The notes below the pieces were generated by a model. That model saw only the letters and a list, made by a program, of their open reading frames with translations. It ran no database searches and was not told where the DNA came from. A stretch of DNA of 64,000 bases from Stappia sp. (GTDB lineage Bacteria; Pseudomonadota; Alphaproteobacteria; Rhizobiales; Stappiaceae), in contig NZ_JBLXFR010000008.1 of NCBI RefSeq assembly GCF_048261845.1, positions 17,150-81,149 on the forward strand, in the 5' to 3' direction. Positions within the stretch are counted from its first letter, which is position 1; each line of letters begins with the position of its first letter. Positions 29,063 to 39,918 of the stretch are shown in pieces. Position numbers and translations under genes: made by a program.

Positions 29063-30282
29063 CGGGTCCGCTGACCGACATGGAAACTGCCAGGGAAGCG
29101 GGCCCGCGCATCCTCGTCGGCCATGCCGGGGGACGCGACACCGAACCACAGGCGCGGAGCCTCGTTGAAACCGGTCCGGGCGCCTTTGCCTGTCCGGACG
29201 ATGCGCGCGAGCTTGCAGCGCTTCCCGATGCGCTCGTCTGGGTCGGCGGGCCGGCGGACGGACTGCCCCCGGCCTTTGCGGTCCTGCGCGAAAGGGCACG
29301 CGCGGCGAGGATCGCCCTGCCGCTTGTCATCGTCGGCGACCGGATGCCGGCCGGGTTCGACGTGCGCGCTGCCGACGTGATTGTGCCCGGGACCTGCCCG
29401 CCGACCGTCCTGCAGGAACGCATCGCGGAGGCCGTGCGCCAATCCCTGCGCATGGAGGAGGCCCGGCTGCGCCGGTCCGCCTTTGGCCGCGATCCCTTTG
29501 CCCCGGATACAAAGCCGCTCCTGCCGGAAGAGGATGCGGCGCGGCGCACCCGCATTCCCGTTCTTGTCGCCGGCAATGGCAGCCGCATCGCCGCCGCGCT
29601 GTCGGGCGGCCTGTCTGCCATCGAGCTTGTCGGTTGCCTGACACCGGACGCGGCCCTTGCCCGGCTTGGCGAACACCCGTTCCGCATGCTGGTGGCGGAC
29701 CTTCCCGAGGCGCGCGCGCTGGAGCTTGTCGCCGCCCTGCGCCGCGACCCGCGCCACATCGCCCTGCCGGTCATGGTGCTTGCGGAGGGGCAGCCGGCCG
29801 CCGCCGCCTTGCTGGAGGCCAGCGCCAGCGACGTCGTCACTTCGACCGCGCCCGACGACGAACTCGGCGCCCGCTGCCGCATGCTGTTGCGCTCCGGCGC
29901 GCGGCGGCACCTGGCCGGCGCCTGCCTGTCGCGCTACCGGGCAAGCGGACCGCGCGTGCGAGCCGAACTCCCGCATGATGCGTTCGAACACTATCTCGCC
30001 GCCCTGCGGCGCGTCCTTGCCTTCCGCGGCGGCGAACCGCACCTGCTGCGGCTCGACGAGATCGACGTCGCAACGCCGCCGATGGCCGCCGACAATGACG
30101 ATCCCTTCGCGGCGGCAATCGGAAATCCCGTACGCTCGGCTGCGCTCGCCGCATCGCGCGACGAGGATTTTGTTGCTAGGGTGGCCGAAATCGGCGACGT
30201 CGCGCTGGTTCGCAACCGGCAAGCGCTCGAACGTATCGAGCGTCGCATTGCGGCCATCGTCGCCAGCACAAGTTTCGCCTGA
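29059..30282 (+). CDS. PleD/PopA-like protein: receiver-like domains plus a degenerate GGDEF-like C-terminus
   Basis: REC-like segment (PFRMLVAD...LRRDPRHIALPVMVL...GARCRMLLR); C-terminal SRDEDFVAR aligns to the RxxD-x3-R stretch but no GG(D/E)EF follows. GTGA overlap with the upstream gene. Confidence 0.5.
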   Translation: MTGPLTDMETAREAGPRILVGHAGGRDTEPQARSLVETGPGAFACPDDARELAALPDALVWVGGPADGLPPAFAVLRERARAARIALPLVIVGDRMPAGFDVRAADVIVPGTCPPTVLQERIAEAVRQSLRMEEARLRRSAFGRDPFAPDTKPLLPEEDAARRTRIPVLVAGNGSRIAAALSGGLSAIELVGCLTPDAALARLGEHPFRMLVADLPEARALELVAALRRDPRHIALPVMVLAEGQPAAAALLEASASDVVTSTAPDDELGARCRMLLRSGARRHLAGACLSRYRASGPRVRAELPHDAFEHYLAALRRVLAFRGGEPHLLRLDEIDVATPPMAADNDDPFAAAIGNPVRSAALAASRDEDFVARVAEIGDVALVRNRQALERIERRIAAIVASTSFA

Positions 30283-30339
30283 CGCCTTTCGGAGCATGGC
30301 TTCGAGCGGCAGTCAGGCCAGCCTACAAGGAATGCCCTC

Positions 30340-31017
30340 ATGGATGCCGAAACCAGCGACGCCGAAACCGAGCCGCAGCCGATGCAGATCGACGTCATTT
30401 CCGACGTGATGTGCCCGTGGTGCTATATCGGTAAGCGCAGGCTGGAAAAGGCGCTGGCCAGCGTCCCCGATATTCCCGTCGCGCTGCGCTGGCTCCCCTA
30501 TCAGCTCGACGAGACGCTGCCGCGCGAGGGCAAGGACCGCCAGGCCTATCTGAACGAGAAGTTCGGCGGCACCGAGCGGGCCGAGGCCGTCTACGCGCCG
30601 ATCCGGGCCGCCGGCGCGCAAGAAGGCATTCCCTTCGCCTTCGAGCGCATCAAGAAGTCGCCCAACACGCTCGACTGCCACCGGCTGATCCTGTGGTCAC
30701 GCGCCGACGGGGTGCAGAGCGAGATGGCCGAGCGGCTGTTCCAGCTCTATTTCGTCGAAGGCGCGGACCTCACCGACCCGCAGGTGCTCATTGGCGCCGC
30801 CGCCGATGTCGGCATGATGTCGGACCTTGTCGCCGAATTGCTGCCGACGGATTCCGACTTCGAGAAGATCCGCAAGGACCTCGACAAGGCCCACGCCATC
30901 GGCGTCACGGGCGTGCCCTGCTTCATCATCGACGAGCGTTTCATGGTGATGGGCGCGGAAAAACCGGAAACCATCGCCGCCGCGATCAAGCATGCACATG
31001 AGACAAAGCCGGGGTGA
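30340..31017 (+). CDS. DsbA-family oxidoreductase (FrnE-like)
   Basis: ISDVMCPWCYIGKRRL, PNTLDCHRL, GVTGVPCF. Confidence 0.92.
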   Translation: MDAETSDAETEPQPMQIDVISDVMCPWCYIGKRRLEKALASVPDIPVALRWLPYQLDETLPREGKDRQAYLNEKFGGTERAEAVYAPIRAAGAQEGIPFAFERIKKSPNTLDCHRLILWSRADGVQSEMAERLFQLYFVEGADLTDPQVLIGAAADVGMMSDLVAELLPTDSDFEKIRKDLDKAHAIGVTGVPCFIIDERFMVMGAEKPETIAAAIKHAHETKPG

Positions 31018-31126
31018 GTGCCAGAAGCCTCGTCGACCTCGCACCCCGCGCAGGCTGAACGGGCGCTGGTCCGGGTTGCCGGCTTTCGTGTTATTGTTTC
31101 TGGCGGCGAAGCGATAACTGAGGGCC

Positions 31127-31828
31127 ATGACGATGGTGTTCGCGTCAAGTCACCGCTTTCCCCGAGCGCTGCGACTTTCCTGTTTTGCGCTGGGTTTGTC
31201 GTTGGCCGCCGGACAGCCTGTTTCGGCCGAACCGCACCGCATCGCCTTCTCCCACAAGAACTTTTCCGACCTCCGGGGCATACTGAACGTGTTCGACACA
31301 TTCCGGACCGCGTGCCTTGCCCAGCCCGTGACACAGGGCCTTGACGAGCAGCTTCTTCCCGAAGGTTACCGGATTGTCTCTTCAAGCCTGCATGCCCTCG
31401 GCCTTGAAACCGCCGTCGAGCCCAGGACGACGGTTCTGTCCATGACCGGGGACGAGGAGAAAGATTTCACCGGCGGACATCCCTATGTCGAACTTGGACT
31501 TCCCAATGATGCCGCGCCGAACGGCGCGTGCCGGGTCGCCTGGAAGCGGACATGGGATTATGCCGACGGCGTCGACAAGGTCATGACCGACACCGCCGTC
31601 CTCTTCGATCCCTGGCTGTCCTTCCGGCTCAAGGCCGTGCGCGTCTCCCGGCCCGAGGACGGGTTTGCGGTGGCGGAGCGCTACGACCACGTCAGCGAAT
31701 GGGCCGCGCCCTGCTTTGGCGGCAAATGGTGCCGCCTCGAGACGCTCCTGATCCTGAACCGCAAAGATGGTATCCATCTGACGATCAAACGCAGCGACCC
31801 GCCGTCAGCCTCCGGCGGGAAGAACTAG
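31127..31828 (+). CDS. Hypothetical secreted protein
   Basis: 233 aa ORF with signal-peptide-like N-terminus (..LAAGQPVSA-EP), host-like codon usage, four Cys in the mature part. Confidence 0.65.
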   Translation: MTMVFASSHRFPRALRLSCFALGLSLAAGQPVSAEPHRIAFSHKNFSDLRGILNVFDTFRTACLAQPVTQGLDEQLLPEGYRIVSSSLHALGLETAVEPRTTVLSMTGDEEKDFTGGHPYVELGLPNDAAPNGACRVAWKRTWDYADGVDKVMTDTAVLFDPWLSFRLKAVRVSRPEDGFAVAERYDHVSEWAAPCFGGKWCRLETLLILNRKDGIHLTIKRSDPPSASGGKN

Positions 31829-31937
31829 GCCGGTCCTTACTTAACCGCCGCCACAGACAAACCGAAAACCCTCACCGTCGCGATCAGGCACACAGCTCCA
31901 ATCCGCCTGTAACCGGCTGTCGTCTTCCCCAAAACAA

Positions 31938-31963
31938 AAGCCGCCGGATCGCTCCGGCGGCTT
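31938..31963 (-). terminator. Intrinsic terminator downstream of eno
   Basis: AAGCCGCCGGA-TCGC-TCCGGCGGCTT stem with a T-rich tail on the minus strand. Confidence 0.75.
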
Positions 31964-32020
31964 CGCGTTTCAGTCGGCCAGTGACAGGTGGTGCAAGGTG
32001 TACGCCCTGCACTCAGACCC

Positions 32021-33313
<1,293 letters not shown>

Positions 33314-33449
33314 TCAGAAATGGCAGTGAGGTCTGAAGGCGTGAAGCCCGGCACCCTGCGGGCACGGCTTACGATGAAATCGTGACGATGGAACGTATCG
33401 TCCGCGCTTCTAGCCGAGACGGCGCAAAAGGGGAAGCGCGGGCGTGTTC

Positions 33450-34301
33450 TCAGATGCCGCGCGGGCGCGACTTGGCGACCTTGTCGAAGGCCATCAGGTC
33501 CTCGAGCAGGTCCTTCAGGTCCTTGAGCGCGATCATGTTGGGCCCGTCGGAGGAGATGGTGTTGTCCGGGTCCGGATGGGTCTCGATGAAGAGCCCGGCA
33601 ACGCCGACGGCAACGGCCGCGCGCGCCAGAACCGCCACCATGTGACGCTCGCCGCCGGAGGACGCCCCCTGCCCGCCCGGCTGCTGCACCGAATGGGTGG
33701 CATCGAAGACTACCGGCGCGCCGGTCTGGGCCATCACCGGCAGCGCCCGCATGTCGGTGACCAGCGTGTTGTAGCCGAAGGAGGCGCCACGCTCGGTCAG
33801 GAGAACGTTCGGATTGCCGGTGTCGACGATCTTGGCGAGCACGTTCTTCATGTCCCAGGGAGCGAGGAACTGGCCCTTCTTGACGTTGACGACACGGCCC
33901 GTCCTGGCGGCGGCGACAAGCAGATCGGTCTGGCGGCACAGGAAGGCCGGGATCTGCAGCACGTCGACGACTTCCGCGACCGGCGCGCATTGGTCGGCGG
34001 AATGGATGTCGGTCAAGACCGGCATGCCGAATGTCTCGCGGATCTCGGCGAAGACCGGCAGCGCCTCCATGAGCCCGACCCCGCGAGAGGCGGCGATCGA
34101 GGTGCGGTTCGCCTTGTCGAAGGAGGCCTTGAAAACGACACCGATGCCGAGCCCGTCGGCGATTTCCTTCACCGCCGCCGCACATTCCAGCACATGCGCA
34201 CGGCTTTCCATCTGGCAGGGCCCGGCGATCAGCGCGAAGGGCGCCTCCTGGGCAAACGTCACGTTGCCGACCTTCACGCTCTGATTGCAGGTCATCGTCA
34301 T
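33450..34301 (-). CDS. kdsA: KDO 8-phosphate synthase
   Basis: IAGPCQME, FDKANRTS, QIPAFLCRQTD, KKGQF, ERGASFGY, DATHSVQQPGG. Confidence 0.97.
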   Translation of the reverse strand: MTMTCNQSVKVGNVTFAQEAPFALIAGPCQMESRAHVLECAAAVKEIADGLGIGVVFKASFDKANRTSIAASRGVGLMEALPVFAEIRETFGMPVLTDIHSADQCAPVAEVVDVLQIPAFLCRQTDLLVAAARTGRVVNVKKGQFLAPWDMKNVLAKIVDTGNPNVLLTERGASFGYNTLVTDMRALPVMAQTGAPVVFDATHSVQQPGGQGASSGGERHMVAVLARAAVAVGVAGLFIETHPDPDNTISSDGPNMIALKDLKDLLEDLMAFDKVAKSRPRGI

Positions 34302-34542
34302 GGCTGTCCCGTGTCTCCTTGCCGCCCCGGCCCTCAAGATTTTCACCGCCCGTCAGTAGTCCGCATGGAGCCCGCGCGCAAGCATCGGCCGTCGCCATCC
34401 TCCCGGGAGGTCTTGCGTTGTCGAAACGGAAACGCCTTCCGGTTTAAGCGGATGCTCCAACTTGGTTCCGTCATCCTTTCAGGCTACCTTCCCGCACCTC
34501 AGGCCTCGCCAGACGGCCAGAACAAACCGGAAAGCGCGTTCG

Positions 34543-35424
34543 ATGCAGAAAAAGAAGATCCGCAAGGCAGTCCTTCCCGTGGCGGGACTGGGCACCCGTT
34601 TCCTGCCGGCCACCAAGGCCCTGCCCAAGGAAATGCTGACGATCGTCGACCGGCCGATCATCCAGTATGTGGTCGACGAGGCCCGTGCCGCCGGCATCGA
34701 GCATGTCGTCTTCGTCACCGGGCGCAACAAGCACGTCATCGAGGACCATTTCGACATCGCCTACGAGCTGGAGGACACGCTGCGGGCCCGCACCAAGGCC
34801 AGCGCGCTGAAGCTGCTGGAGGCGATTCGTCCCATGCCCGGCACGACCAGCTTCACCCGCCAGCAGGAGCCGCTGGGCCTTGGTCACGCGATCTGGTGCG
34901 CCCGCGACATCATCGGCGACGAGCCCTTCGCCATCCTGCTGCCCGACATGCTGATGAAATCCGATCCGGGCTGCCTGTCGCAGATGGTCGAGGTCTATAA
35001 CGAGCACGGCGGCAACGTCATCTCCGTGGAAGAGGTTCCGCAAGACCAGACCCACAATTACGGCATCGTGGAGGTCGATGGCGACGCGTCCGCCAAAACG
35101 CTCTCGATCACCGGCATGGTGGAAAAGCCCGCACCGGGAACCGCACCGACCAACCTTTTCATCAACGGTCGTTATATCCTCCAGCCGAAGATCTTCGAAC
35201 TGCTGGAGAACCAGGAGACGGGCGCCGGCGGCGAGATCCAGTTGACCGACGCCATGCTGGCGCTGATGGGCATGGAGCCTTTCACCGGTCTGCGTTTCGA
35301 AGGCGAGACTTACGATTGCGGCTCCAAGTCCGGCTTCCTGGCCGCCAACATCGCCTATGCGCTGGAGGACGAGGAACTGGCATCGGAACTGCGCCCCTTA
35401 CTCAATGCCATGCTGAACACCTGA
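34543..35424 (+). CDS. galU: UTP--glucose-1-phosphate uridylyltransferase
   Basis: [43 protein letters not shown]. Confidence 0.96.
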   Translation: MQKKKIRKAVLPVAGLGTRFLPATKALPKEMLTIVDRPIIQYVVDEARAAGIEHVVFVTGRNKHVIEDHFDIAYELEDTLRARTKASALKLLEAIRPMPGTTSFTRQQEPLGLGHAIWCARDIIGDEPFAILLPDMLMKSDPGCLSQMVEVYNEHGGNVISVEEVPQDQTHNYGIVEVDGDASAKTLSITGMVEKPAPGTAPTNLFINGRYILQPKIFELLENQETGAGGEIQLTDAMLALMGMEPFTGLRFEGETYDCGSKSGFLAANIAYALEDEELASELRPLLNAMLNT

Positions 35425-35449
35425 TCCGACCCACCCGACACCGGCGACC

Positions 35450-36460
35450 ATGCGCACCATTCTCGTTACCGGCTCGGCCGGCTTCATTGGCTATCATCTG
35501 TGCCGCCGTCTCCTCGATGACGGATGGCGCGTGGTCGGGCTTGACTGCGTCAGCCCCTATTACGACCCCGCGCTGAAGGAGGCGCGCCTGAAGATCCTCA
35601 ACGGGATCGACAATTTCATCGAGGCGCGGATCTCGCTTCAGGATCGCGATGCGGTCATGGCGTTGATGGCGGAGCACGCTCCGGAGCGGATCATCCATCT
35701 CGCGGCGCAGCCCGGTGTGCGCTATTCGCTGGAAGTGCCGCAGGCCTATGTCGACGCCAATGTGACCGGCTTCCTGACGATCCTGGAGGCGGCCCGGGCC
35801 TTCCCGGTCGATCATGTCGTCTTCGCCTCGACCTCCTCGGCCTACGGCCTCGACGAGGCGATGCCGCTGTCCCCGCATCGCGGCGGCAACCATCCGATCT
35901 CCCTCTACGCAGCGACGAAGAAGGCCAACGAGGCGATGGCGCACAGCTACGCCCATCTCTTCGGCATCCCGTTGACCGGCTTGCGCTTCTTCACGGTCTA
36001 CGGCCCATGGGCGCGGCCCGACATGGCGCTCTACAAGTTCACCAGCGCCATTCTCGAAGGCCGGCCGATCGACATCTACAACAATGGCGAGATGCTGCGC
36101 GATTTCACTTATGTGGACGACATCGTCGAGGGCATCGTGCGGATCGCCGACCGTCCGGCGCGGGCCAATCCGCACTGGAACGGCGCGGAACCCGACCCGG
36201 CGACGAGCCGTGCGCCCTACCGGATCCACAATATCGGCAATTCCGAACCGGTGAAGCTGCTGCGCTATGTCGACGCGGTGGAGGCGGCCTGCGGTGTCAA
36301 GGCGATCCGAAATTTCATGCCGCTGCAGCCAGGCGACGTGCTGGCGACCTGGGCGGATGTCGAGGATCTGGTCGAGGAGACGGGCTTCCGGCCCAGGACC
36401 AGTGTCGAGGACGGCGTGAAAGCCTTCGTCGACTGGTATCGCGACTTCTACGGCGTGTGA
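35450..36460 (+). CDS. NAD-dependent epimerase, UDP-glucuronate 4-epimerase-like
   Basis: TGSAGFIG, HLAAQPGVRYS, YAATKKANE, RFFTVYGPWARPDMA. Confidence 0.9.
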   Translation: MRTILVTGSAGFIGYHLCRRLLDDGWRVVGLDCVSPYYDPALKEARLKILNGIDNFIEARISLQDRDAVMALMAEHAPERIIHLAAQPGVRYSLEVPQAYVDANVTGFLTILEAARAFPVDHVVFASTSSAYGLDEAMPLSPHRGGNHPISLYAATKKANEAMAHSYAHLFGIPLTGLRFFTVYGPWARPDMALYKFTSAILEGRPIDIYNNGEMLRDFTYVDDIVEGIVRIADRPARANPHWNGAEPDPATSRAPYRIHNIGNSEPVKLLRYVDAVEAACGVKAIRNFMPLQPGDVLATWADVEDLVEETGFRPRTSVEDGVKAFVDWYRDFYGV

Positions 36461-36473
36461 GACGCCAGGGCGG

Positions 36474-37838
36474 TTACTTGCCGCCCTGCTTCTCCGCCTT
36501 GGCGCGGGCAAAACGGGCGCGCAGCTGTTCGCCGCGCCCTTCCTTGATCACCTGCCGCGACCGGCCCAGCGACAGGGCGTCCGCCGGCACATCCTCGGTC
36601 ACGACGCCGCCGGCCGCCAGATAGGCGCCGTCGCCGATCGTCAGCGGCGCGACCAGGGTCGAGTTCGAGCCGACAAAGACGCCCGCGCCGATATCCGTGT
36701 GGTGCTTGAGAAACCCGTCATAATTGCAGGTGATGGTTCCCGCGCCGACATTCGCCTTCGCGCCGACACGGGCATCGCCGATATAGGTCAGGTGATTGAC
36801 CTTGGCGCCCGCCTCGATCCGCGCGTTCTTGATCTCCACGAAATTGCCGACATGCGCGCCCTCGCCGATCCTCGCGCCGGGACGCAGCCGCGCGTAGGGA
36901 CCGAGCGTCGCACCGGCCTCGACCACGGCCTCCTCCAGATGCGAGAAGGCGCGGATCGTGACGCCGTCGCCAACGGTGACGCCGGGTCCGAAGACCACGT
37001 TGGGCTCCACCAGCACATCCCGGCCGAGCCTTGTATCGTGGGAGAAGAACACGGTTTCCGGAGCAACGAGGCTGGCACCCTCCTCCATCGCTGCAAGCCG
37101 CGCGCGGGCCTGGAAGTCGGCCTCCACGCGCGCCAACTGGGCGCGGGTGTTGATCCCCTGCACCTCCCACTCCTCGGCGGTTTCCGTCACGACGGAAAGG
37201 CCCATGCTGTTGGCGATCTCGACCGCGTCGGTCAGGTAGTACTCGCCCTTGGTGTTGGCGTTGCCGACCTGTCCGAGGATTTCGGCGAAGCGTGCCCCGC
37301 TAAAGCCCATGATGCCGGAATTGCAGAAATCGACCTTCCGCTCCTCGGCGCTTGCATCGCGTTCTTCGCGGATGGCTACCAGCCGCCCGTCCTGCGTCAG
37401 AAGTCGCCCGTAACCGGTCGGATCGGCGGCATGAAACCCGAGCACGGCGACATCGGCACCGCTTTCCAGTCTGGCCGAAACCCGCGCGAGCGTGTGTGCA
37501 GAGACCAGCGGCGTGTCGCCGAACAGCACCAAGACCTGGTCGGGCGTGTCGGCGAACGCCGGCGCGGCAGCGCGCGCGGCATGCGCCGTGCCAAGCCGCT
37601 CGCCCTGGACGTGACATCCGGCTTCCGGCGCCAATCGCGCAACCTCGGCGGCAAGTTCCGGCATGTCGGGTCCGACCACGACCGCGACACGGTCGATCCC
37701 CGCCCCGGTCACCGCTTTCAGCACGTGCCCGACGAGCGACAGGTTCGCAACCTCGTGCATCACCTTCGGCCGCTCCGACTTCATGCGGGTACCGAGGCCG
37801 GCGGCAAGGACAATGGCGAGACGGGAGTTGTGCGGCAT
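36474..37838 (-). CDS. glmU: Bifunctional UDP-GlcNAc pyrophosphorylase/glucosamine-1-P acetyltransferase
   Basis: LAAGLGTRMKS, LGTAHA, GEYYLTD, hexapeptide repeats, GNFVEIK, HLTYIGDA, TITCNYDG. Confidence 0.97.
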   Translation of the reverse strand: MPHNSRLAIVLAAGLGTRMKSERPKVMHEVANLSLVGHVLKAVTGAGIDRVAVVVGPDMPELAAEVARLAPEAGCHVQGERLGTAHAARAAAPAFADTPDQVLVLFGDTPLVSAHTLARVSARLESGADVAVLGFHAADPTGYGRLLTQDGRLVAIREERDASAEERKVDFCNSGIMGFSGARFAEILGQVGNANTKGEYYLTDAVEIANSMGLSVVTETAEEWEVQGINTRAQLARVEADFQARARLAAMEEGASLVAPETVFFSHDTRLGRDVLVEPNVVFGPGVTVGDGVTIRAFSHLEEAVVEAGATLGPYARLRPGARIGEGAHVGNFVEIKNARIEAGAKVNHLTYIGDARVGAKANVGAGTITCNYDGFLKHHTDIGAGVFVGSNSTLVAPLTIGDGAYLAAGGVVTEDVPADALSLGRSRQVIKEGRGEQLRARFARAKAEKQGGK

Positions 37839-38030
37839 GGTGGGTCTCAGGGTTTGCAATCGGACGGGGTCACGTTCTCGAAGGCCGGTCGCGCGGCGTC
37901 AAGCCATTGATCGCACGGGGCTGCCTTTTTGTCGCGGCCCGTGCCAAGAACGACGGTGAGTGAGTGGACGATTCTTCAAGTTTCGTATGTTGGAAATATA
38001 GAAAAATATTGGATGCAGGGAACGCAGGAC

Positions 38031-39026
38031 ATGGAAGCGACACAGGACGGCGACGGATCGAACGCGCTCGCGGAATCGCAGCTGAAGCATTTTCCGGTCA
38101 CCTTCTTCGCCGTGGTCATGGGTCTTGCCGGCCTGTCGCTGGCGACACACCGGATGGAGGTGGCAGGCGTGGTGCCAACCGGCGTCAGCTTCGCCCTGAT
38201 GACCGTGACAGCACTGGCATTCGCCGGCATCGCCGGGTTCTTCATAGCAAAGGCCGTGCGCTATCCCAAGGCCCTGCGCGCCGAGTGGGAGCACCCCGTC
38301 CGGATCGCCTTTTTTCCGGCGATCACCATCGGTGTACTGCTGATCTGTGCCGGCCTCCTGCCGCTTGGCGACGAGATCATTCGCCCGGTATGGATGGCGG
38401 CAACCGCTGCGCATCTGGCCGTGACCCTTGGCGTGGTGTCTGCCTGGATCAGCCATCGCACTTTCGAACAGGCGCACCTGACCCCGGCCTGGTTCATACC
38501 AGCCGTCGGAAACGTGCTGGTGCCGCTTGCAGGTGTGCCTCTCGGTTTCCCGGAGATCTCCTGGTTCTTCTTCTCGGTTGGAATGCTCTTCTGGCTCGTC
38601 TTTCTGACGCTGGTCTTCAACCGGTTGATCTTCCACAACCCGATCGCCGAACGCCTGCTTCCGACCCTGGTCATTCTCATCGCCCCGCCGTCGGTGGGCT
38701 TCGTCGCATGGTTGCAGCTGAATGGCGGCGAGATCGATGCCTTTGCCCGCGTGCTCTACTATTGCGCGACGATGTTCGTCCTCGTGACGCTGACACAGGT
38801 CGGGAAGCTGATCCGCCTGCCCTTCTCCATGGCATGGTGGGCCTATTCCTTTCCCGTTGCGGGCTTTACCGTCGCCTCCGCGCTCTTCGCGGAAGGCACG
38901 GGCGCGGGCTTTCAAAAAGGCCTCTCCTTCATCGCCTATGCGGTTCTGTGGGTCGTGATCGCGATCCTCGTGTCCAAGACGCTGGCGGCGATCCGGCGCG
39001 ACGAGATCTGCCGGCCGGAAGGCTGA
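38031..39026 (+). CDS. SLAC1/TehA (TDT family) anion channel
   Basis: FFAVVMGLAG, TPAWFIPAVG, LPTLVILIAPP, WWAYSFP. Confidence 0.9.
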   Translation: MEATQDGDGSNALAESQLKHFPVTFFAVVMGLAGLSLATHRMEVAGVVPTGVSFALMTVTALAFAGIAGFFIAKAVRYPKALRAEWEHPVRIAFFPAITIGVLLICAGLLPLGDEIIRPVWMAATAAHLAVTLGVVSAWISHRTFEQAHLTPAWFIPAVGNVLVPLAGVPLGFPEISWFFFSVGMLFWLVFLTLVFNRLIFHNPIAERLLPTLVILIAPPSVGFVAWLQLNGGEIDAFARVLYYCATMFVLVTLTQVGKLIRLPFSMAWWAYSFPVAGFTVASALFAEGTGAGFQKGLSFIAYAVLWVVIAILVSKTLAAIRRDEICRPEG

Positions 39027-39050
39027 CCCCGTCGCCAGCGCGAAGACGCG

Positions 39051-39662
39051 CTACCAGAGCGTCTTGCGCGCCCGCTCCGGCCAGTCCCTGTCGTAGCTGT
39101 CCCCGCCGACATGGCCCTGGCTGAGCGCCGCCAGGATCGTGCCCGGCGTCGGCAGGTGCGACAGGTCTCCCTGCGCGTCCGCGTCCCAGAGACGAGAACG
39201 CACGATCGCGCGGGCGCACTGGAAATAGACCTTTTCGACATGCACCAGGATGACGGTGCGGGGCGCATGGCCGTCAACCGTGAAGTCGTCCAGCAGCTGC
39301 GGATCGGTGCTGATCCGGGCGGTGCCATTGACACGCAGCGTCGTGCCGCTGCCGGGAATGAGGAACAGCAGCGCCACCCGCGGATCGCGCACGATGTTGC
39401 GCAGGGAATCGATCCGGTCGTTGCCGCGCCGGTCGGGAAGCGCCAGCGTCTTGCGGTCGAGAATGCTGACCACGGCGCCTCGGTCGCCGCGCGGCGAGCA
39501 GTCGAGCCCTTCCGGCCCGACGGTTGCGAGCGACACGAAGGGAGATGCGTCGATATAGGCGGCGTAGTGTTCGGAAATCCAGTCGATCTCCTTGACCGTT
39601 GAGGCCGCCTTTGGCGTGCCGTAGATGCGCTCGAGGTCGTCCAGAGTGGTGACCGTCGCCAT
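39051..39662 (-). CDS. Pyridoxamine 5'-phosphate oxidase-like FMN-binding protein
   Basis: DCSPRGD, PDRRGNDRIDSLRN, LLFLIPG, YFQCARAIVRS. Confidence 0.88.
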   Translation of the reverse strand: MATVTTLDDLERIYGTPKAASTVKEIDWISEHYAAYIDASPFVSLATVGPEGLDCSPRGDRGAVVSILDRKTLALPDRRGNDRIDSLRNIVRDPRVALLFLIPGSGTTLRVNGTARISTDPQLLDDFTVDGHAPRTVILVHVEKVYFQCARAIVRSRLWDADAQGDLSHLPTPGTILAALSQGHVGGDSYDRDWPERARKTLW

Positions 39663-39918
39663 CGGCAATCTCCTGCAATGTCACGAATGGAACCCGACGC
39701 CCGGAACCGGACGGGCGCAAGCTACCAGCTCCTGCGGGCTGCCGCCATGTGCTGGCTGGGTCGCTGAGCCGAGATCCCGCTTGCGCTTGCAATCCGTTCA
39801 TCGCTCGCATTCTTGCCCTGTCGATGCGATCCTGTTTCCTGTCGGCGGACTGTCCGCCTCTGCAAGCGCGGCCTCCACGCCAAACACCAGCGACCCCTGA
39901 GGAAAGGGCTGCGGACCC

